NCBI RefSeq assembly: GCF_006345805.1
Contig: NW_021825158.1
Span: 1-16,216, forward strand
DNA: 16,216 nt
Reading direction: 5' to 3'
Origin: Octopus sinensis
Taxonomy: Eukaryota
A model generated the notes under the pieces. It made no database searches. It worked only from the letters and a program-made list of their open reading frames with translations, and was not told the origin of the DNA. The stretch's first letter is position 1; the number at the start of each line of letters is the position of its first letter. The position numbers and the translations under genes are program-made. Shown here one piece after another: positions 11,400-16,216 of the stretch.

Positions 11400-12645
11400 A
11401 ATGCTGCTGCTGCTGCTGTGGCTGATGATGATGATGATGATGATGCTGATGATGATGATGTGATGCTGATGCTGATGTGATGATGATGATGATGATGATG
11501 AGATGATAACAATGATGATGATGATAATGATGATGATGATGATGAGGATATGATGATGTGTGATGATGATGATGATATGATGATGTCGATCATGATAAGA
11601 TGATGGTGATGATGATGATGGTGAAGCCGAGGATGATGATGATGAATACGATGAGGTTGATGATGGTTATGATGTCTATGATGATGCCGATGGTGATGGT
11701 TATGTTGATAGTGGCGATGAATGTTGATGAAGATGATGATGATTATGTTGATTATGTTAATGTTGGAGATTATGATGGTGATGGTGGTGATGAATGATGA
11801 TGATGATGGTGATAATGGCAATGATGGTGATGATGATGATGATGATGGAGATGATGATGAGGATGATGATGATGGCGATGATGATGATGGTGATCATGGC
11901 GATGATGGTGATGATGGTGATGATGTTAATGATGTAGGTGGTGGCAATGATGATGATGGCTATGATAATTGTGCAGGTGATAATGATGGTGATGATGATG
12001 ATGATGTTTCGTCTGAAAGCCAAAATAATTTCATATTTAATGTAAATTAGTCATTGTTTCTATCTTTTCCTCTCAGGAATCACCTTCAAGCTGTGGAGCT
12101 ATTACTCTCTCGGGGCAGCAATGTCAACGAGAAGACCAACCGCGGAGATACTCCTCTCCATTTGGCTGCAGGGTCAGATCCGGAATGGACAGATGGTGTG
12201 AAATCTATAATGAAACAGAGCGCTGTTGAGGTTAGTGACTATATATGTGTGTATGCGTGTGTGTATATACATATATATACAAATAAAATGTATGGATGTA
12301 TATATAATGTAAATTGTGGTGTGCATATGTTAGTGTTTCTCTTCATTCATATTATATTCCGAAATAGTCCCAATCTTCCCCGAAAGGATTTTCTCTAAAT
12401 TTTCCTAACAATTTATCCGTCTTTCGGTAAATTACGAGGAAACAAAATCTACTCTTGCGAATTTTTACTCAACTCCTCTCCCGACCTTCGAGGCACACTT
12501 ATATAGGTATGTATATATAATCGTATATATACCGTATGTACACTGTATATATGCCTATAAGATATAAAAGATATATATATATACATATGTATAATACACA
12601 TATAAATAAGTATATATATACATAAATATATATAAAATTATATAT

Positions 12646-12685
<40 letters not shown>

Positions 12686-12738
12686 TATATATATATAATA
12701 TAATATATACATACATTATATATGTATGTATATATATA

Positions 12739-12777
<39 letters not shown>

Positions 12778-15263
12778 AAAAAGGGTGAAATATAATTAAT
12801 TTAATAAAATTGATAAATTTCACCTAGTAGATTTTTCGGTATGGAAAAGACCATATTTGGTGAGAATTATATTAATTATAATAAAGGGTTAATTGCAACA
12901 AATTGCTCAAAACCACATACCGAAAATATTAGGAATAGCAGCCAAATAGATCACTATTTCTCCTACTAAAAAAAAAGTCTCCACAAACAAACAGAATTTG
13001 TAACCCGTATATGGTAAAGAGAAAGAAAACAACGAAATCCCAGCCTATTGGATTAATTATAGATGAAACGTTTCTGGATTAGAATCGAAAGTTCAAGGAA
13101 ATGAACTTTCGATTCTAATCCAGAAACGATTCGTCTATAATTAATCCAATAGGCTGTGATTTCGTTGTTTTCTTTCTCTTTACCATATACGGGTTACAAA
13201 TTCTGTTTGTTTGTGGAGACTTTTTTATTAGTAGAGGAAATAGTGATCTATTTGGCTGCTATTCCTAATATTTTCTGTATGTGGTTTTGAGCAATTTGTT
13301 GCAATTAACCCTTTATTATAATTAATATATGTATATATGTATATATATATATATACATGAGTATGTAATATCATTACACACACACACATACACACAAATA
13401 TATATATATATACTTCCTGAGACCCTTATATTTTCCCCACAACTTTCTGGTGTTTCCGATTATGTTGAGAAAATAAAACCATTTGATGAGTTCAAACCAA
13501 TCCCAACTCCAGACAATAATTGTTGATTAAGACATGGATAGGGATGGATTTTCAGAAAATTTCACTAAGAAATATTCATTTTAAAAGCTTCATGAGGAAC
13601 ATACAACAAACATTCATATATATATATATATATATATAGGCACAGGATTGGCTGTGTGGTTAGTAGCTTGCTTACAAAACCACATGGTTCCATAAGAAAT
13701 CGGTTTCTCGATTTTTACATTATCGATTGTTTTTTTTCTTTTTTTTCTCATGTAACCCCATTTTGCCCATGGATTGAGAACCCTTCCAGCAAGGAAAATA
13801 AAACGCCCAAAAGGGCTCCGGAACCTCTGTTCAGAAGCGGTTATGTTCAGATCACAACTAAGTATATATATGGGCAAAACACACACACACAAACATATAC
13901 GTACATACACCTATTGTATACATGTTTCTGCACGCCTTTGCCCCTGCCACTGTCCCACCACCACCTCGACCCGAGTAATACCATCAATTGAAGCAAATTT
14001 GGTACCCGGAAGTAAGTTTGTAACAGGAATAGAGGAGCCTACCTTCTCCCGCAGCGATGTGAAAGTCATACCTCTCCTGGTCAAACTAAAGTGTTTGACC
14101 CGGTCATAAAACAAAAAAAAAATAGTGTAATAGGTTGTAAAACAATTTCTTCTAAACGAATATTACTCAAAAAATGTGCGATCGCGAAAGGGGAGTGGGG
14201 GAGAGGCCTCGGAAAATTCACATCGTGGATGTTACATGTCTGACCCGGGCACAAAAACAAAAAAATAGTGTAATAGGTGTAAAACAACTTGTTCTAAACG
14301 ATTATCAAGAACACACACACACAAAGAGAAAGGTTTGGTTCAAGGCAACACTGCATTGAACTGAATTTAAATAAGCAAGAAAGATATTATCAAAGAAAAG
14401 GCCATAGGCCTCTCCTCCCAACCCCTTTTGCGAGAGCACGTTTTTTTGGTCATATTCGTTTAGAGGAAGTTCTTTTACACATATTACTATTTTTTGTTTG
14501 TTTTTATGACCGGGTCAAACGCTTTAGGTTGACCCCTCTCCTTTCGAAAACATGAACAGTTTCGAAACATTGTTTACAAAATAATAGCTGATCGTTTGCG
14601 AAGGAGCGTGTCTACAGTCAACACGTAGGTCTTTTGCTCTGGTAACCTCTGCTCTCTCCCATGTTCACGCACGACCAGCTATATATCGCTATGATTAGAA
14701 CAACGGATTCAGCTAATTTGGAAATTAGTTGTGGAGAAACGGAGAATATCGTTTATGTTGCCCGTATATATATATACGCAACAACACACACACACAAACA
14801 TTGCATATATGTGGCTTTTACGCATACATGCTCGCGTGTGTGTATGCGTGACTGAAGCCATTCACACATACAAACATACATAACAACACCTGTCTGTCTA
14901 TTATTGCCAGTAAAAAGACGAAATTATAAAAATCTCTCTCTCTCTACGTCTCTCTCTTACTCTCTCTTTACACCGTCGCTAGGAGGTGACTTAATTAATG
15001 TTTGCTTTGTAAACAATGGTAGCTTTCGCCATCTTAAAAATTTAGAAGTTATGGCTCAAAATTATTTACCGCTATTCGCGGATGTCTCGGGAGAAATTTG
15101 AAGAAAATACTGCCGGGGTCATGACGAATGACCCCCTAAAATTTGAGCGGCATGCGTGTTAATTTGTAGATGTGCATAAATTACAAAAACGTACACACAC
15201 ACACACACACACATCTTGCCTTATTTATATAGCAGATATATATATATGTATATATGTATGTCC

Positions 15264-15302
<39 letters not shown>

Positions 15303-16064
15303 ATATATGTACATGTATGTGCGTGTCTGTGTGTGTGTTATGAGGGTCTGTGTGTACGGCGTGTGTTTGTGTGTCTGTATTTGTCCCCAACATCGCTTGA
15401 CAACCGCTGCTGGTGTGTTTACGTCCCCGTAAACTAGCGTTTCAGCAAAAGAAACTTATAAAATAAGTACAAGGCTTTCTGGGGTCGATTGCTCGACTAA
15501 CGACAGTGCTCCGCATGGCCACATTCACATGACTGAAACAAATGCAAGAATAAAAGAATAAATGTAACTATGAACATACACACACGCGAACACACACATA
15601 CACACACACACACACACATTTTGCTGCTCTATGTGTTTATTTATTGAGTTATTCATCTTATATAGGTGTGTTGTGTTGTGTGTGTGTGTATAAATATATT
15701 TATATGCACATATGTATGTGTGTATACGCGTGTGTGTATATACAATAGAAATATCCATTTACCTACTCCCCACCCCAATCATTCCACCTGTTTAATTAAT
15801 TTCATTCCTTCTCTTCTCTTTTTCTGTGAGGTTTTCTTTAATTCTTCACCACCCGACTCCCCTTTCAGACACTATTTTTAATGTTTTATTCTTTTTTCTT
15901 TATCAGGTAATCCTCGAGATGTAAATGGTCGGTCGAACACCGCTGCACTGGGCCTGTTATCGGGGATACTTGCACACGTCGATCTTTTGTTGGGTCACAA
16001 TGGCATCGATGCCAATGTGGTTGCCAACGATGGAGGACACACCACTGCATTGGGCAGTTCAGGA
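2206..16064 (+). CDS. Multi-exon ankyrin-repeat protein gene, 3'-partial (join 2206-2283, 6695-6851, 12077-12230, 15907-16064); frameshifted as written (pseudogene or consensus errors)
   Basis: With indels corrected, the joined exons give MANIRQNILNGDIEGVERLLKMDPTI/INKPI(Y)GDGTTPLIFASEVGADRRIIEILIKAGAELGAKDVGGRTALHWAVIW/NHLQAVELLLSRGSNVNEKTNRGDTPLHLAAGSDPEWTDGVKSIMKQSAVE/V(N)PRDVNGRTPLHWACYRGYLH(T)VDLLLGHNGIDANVVANDGDTPLHWAVQ. This has five ANK G-x-T-[PA]-L motifs. All splice junctions are GT-AG, and the exon 2/3 split codon TG|G gives W. No ortholog can be named. Confidence 0.9.
2495..3140 (+). mobile_element. Dead C-terminal fragment of an RLE-type (R2 superfamily, HERO-like) non-LTR retrotransposon
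   Basis: Translation across frameshifts and stops: DLPKRKITWTDLWRLEPLHISFLHGAVYDTLPTPTNQHR*GLREDQLCRLCGK/GTLAHILEGCRITLSQGRYK, a CCHC zinc knuckle (C 2720, C 2729, H 2752, C 2767). Then AIQFVKEGEK...WDMKVDLGKRLQFPQVIHTTLRLDVVLWS and IIIERTVTWRTGCNEAHERKCDRY, a degenerate RPD..ELTVPWE restriction-like endonuclease. Clade is assigned from remembered motifs. Confidence 0.85.
3201..3259. repeat. (TG)n microsatellite
   Basis: Nearly pure TG run. Confidence 0.95.
3283..3456 (+). mobile_element. Diverged SINE 3' half
   Basis: Aligns within the window to 15380-15541: TGTCCC...TTGATAATCGGTGTTGGTGT...GCAAAAGA...CCAGCATGGCCGAAGTCTCATGACTGAAACAA versus TGTCCCC...TTGACAACCGCTGCTGGTGT...GCAAAAGA...CCGCATGGCCACATTCACATGACTGAAACAA. 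Both copies follow a (TG)n tract. Confidence 0.75.
3457..6650 (+). repeat. 3.2-kb polypurine (GA-rich) tract containing a ~122-bp minisatellite (about 13 copies, ~3690-5240)
   Basis: The + strand is almost only A/G. The anchor AAATGAAAGAGTGAG (or a close variant) recurs with its ATG at 3702, 3814, 3934, 4056, 4178, 4300, 4424, 4546, 4653, 4777, 4927, 5048 and 5211. A related ~90-bp block is duplicated near 6372 and 6543. Confidence 0.95.
6695..6851 (+). CDS. Ankyrin-repeat gene exon 2 (contains an apparent 1-bp deletion at ~6708)
   Basis: TTTCTTCATTACAG acceptor (AG 6693-6694). It reads INKPI, then in a shifted frame YGDGTTPLIFASEVGADRRIIEILIKAGAELGAKDVGGRTALHWAVI-TG, with a GTAAGT donor at 6852 (phase 2). 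The length is 157 where phase 0->2 requires 158. Confidence 0.9.
6937..12006 (+). repeat. ~5.07-kb compound (GAT)n trinucleotide array with GAG/AAT/GTT/TAT/GAC variants
   Basis: A continuous GAT-family array filling intron 2 (6852-12076) except ~85 nt at the 5' side and ~70 nt at the 3' side. Confidence 0.98.
12077..12230 (+). CDS. Ankyrin-repeat gene exon 3 (intact)
   Basis: TCTTTTCCTCTCAG acceptor. It reads G-NHLQAVELLLSRGSNVNEKTNRGDTPLHLAAGSDPEWTDGVKSIMKQSAVE with a GTTAGT donor at 12231; 154 nt, phase 2->0. Confidence 0.93.
12510..12772. repeat. Degenerate (TA)n-rich low-complexity tract
   Basis: TA runs with interruptions. Confidence 0.9.
12868..13329. repeat. 462-bp foldback palindrome (228-bp arms, 6-nt loop), probably a non-autonomous element
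   Basis: The left arm 12868-13095 is the reverse complement of 13102-13329, with 7 mismatches and no indels by my hand alignment. The loop is AGGAAA and both outer ends are TA. Confidence 0.95.
13639..13691 (+). mobile_element. Truncated tRNA-derived SINE head
   Basis: GGCACAGGATTGGCTGTGTGGTTAGTAGCTTGCTTACAAAACCACATGGTTCC has an A-box-like TGGCTGTGTGG (13649-13659). It matches the remembered octopus SINE 5' end and stops just before the B box. Confidence 0.7.
14079..14534. mobile_element. MITE (non-autonomous DNA transposon) with ~130-bp TIRs and 8-bp TSD CCTCTCCT
   Basis: TIRs at 14079-14209 and 14406-14534 (GGTCAAACTAAAGTGTTTGACCCGGTCATAAAA... versus the reverse complement GGTCAACCTAAAGCGTTTGACCCGGTCATAAAA..., roughly 80-85% identical by eye). 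They are flanked by identical CCTCTCCT at 14071-14078 and 14535-14542; no ORF inside. Confidence 0.9.
15238..15370. repeat. (TA)n/(TG)n compound microsatellite
   Basis: TA run followed by a degenerate TG run, leading into the SINE 3' half. Confidence 0.9.
15371..15562 (+). mobile_element. SINE 3' half with A-rich TAAAAGAA tail
   Basis: TTTGTCCCCAACATCGCTTGACAACCGCTGCTGGTGTGTTTACGTCCCCGTAAACTAGCG...GGGGTCGATTGCTCGACTAA...GCATGGCC...ATGACTGAAACAA. It has a second copy at 3283-3456 and matches the remembered octopus SINE consensus. Confidence 0.85.
15907..16064 (+). CDS. Ankyrin-repeat gene exon 4 (four apparent indels; TAA at 15922 in the spliced frame)
   Basis: TTTTTTCTTTATCAG acceptor and GTAAGT donor at 16065 (phase 2). 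ANK segments NPRDVNG, GRTPLHWACYRGYLH, VDLLLGHNGIDANVVANDG and DTPLHWAVQ alternate between two frames. Confidence 0.88.
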
Positions 16065-16216
16065 GTAAGTCCCCATTGGATCTGGAATATCCAAATCTGT
16101 TTCTTTTATGTTTCATAATGTTTCTTTCTTTTCATTCAGTCACTCATGTCATAATCCACCATGGGGTCATTGTCTTCCTTCTCTCTTCGCACTGTAATCT
16201 ACTTCATAATTAATCA

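Noticed and set aside
6799-12050. Poly-D, poly-M, poly-I/H/S ORFs (possible acidic or His-rich proteins)
   Set aside because: These are (GAT)n frame artefacts with frequent frame slips. The array is bounded by the GT-AG sites of the ANK gene intron.
13060-13140. Possible hammerhead ribozyme in the foldback (CCAGAAACG seen)
   Set aside because: The required CUGANGA core is absent on both strands at the right spacing.
13329-13526. ORF ending LPETLIFSPQLSGVSDYVEKIKPFDEFKPIPTPDNNC as an extra exon
   Set aside because: There is no convincing acceptor/donor pair or ANK motif, and exon 3 joins exon 4 in register with the ANK consensus without it.

Overview
AT-rich, microsatellite-saturated animal genomic DNA, probably an octopus (coleoid cephalopod). 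That assignment is an inference from SINE sequences that match octopus SINE consensus as I remember it; it was not searched. A + strand ankyrin-repeat gene runs through the window, with four visible coding exons (2206-2283, 6695-6851, 12077-12230, 15907-16064), canonical GT-AG sites and intron phases 0,2,0,2. The gene continues past the window end. Exons 2 and 4 carry small indels but otherwise intact ANK motifs, so this is either a young pseudogene or long-read consensus error. Intron 1 holds a dead HERO/R2-superfamily retrotransposon fragment and a 3.2-kb polypurine tract with a ~122-bp higher-order unit that starts exactly at a SINE 3' end. Intron 2 is 97% a 5-kb (GAT)n array with internal block duplications. 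Intron 3 holds a 462-bp near-perfect foldback (228-bp arms) and a 456-bp MITE with ~130-bp TIRs and an 8-bp TSD. Upstream is an internally deleted DD37D (maT) Tc1/mariner transposase remnant. The long ORFs in the supplied track are repeat artefacts. I found no convincing new biological system; the most interesting items are the alternating-frame exon 4, the intronic foldback/dsRNA structures and the architecture of the giant repeats.
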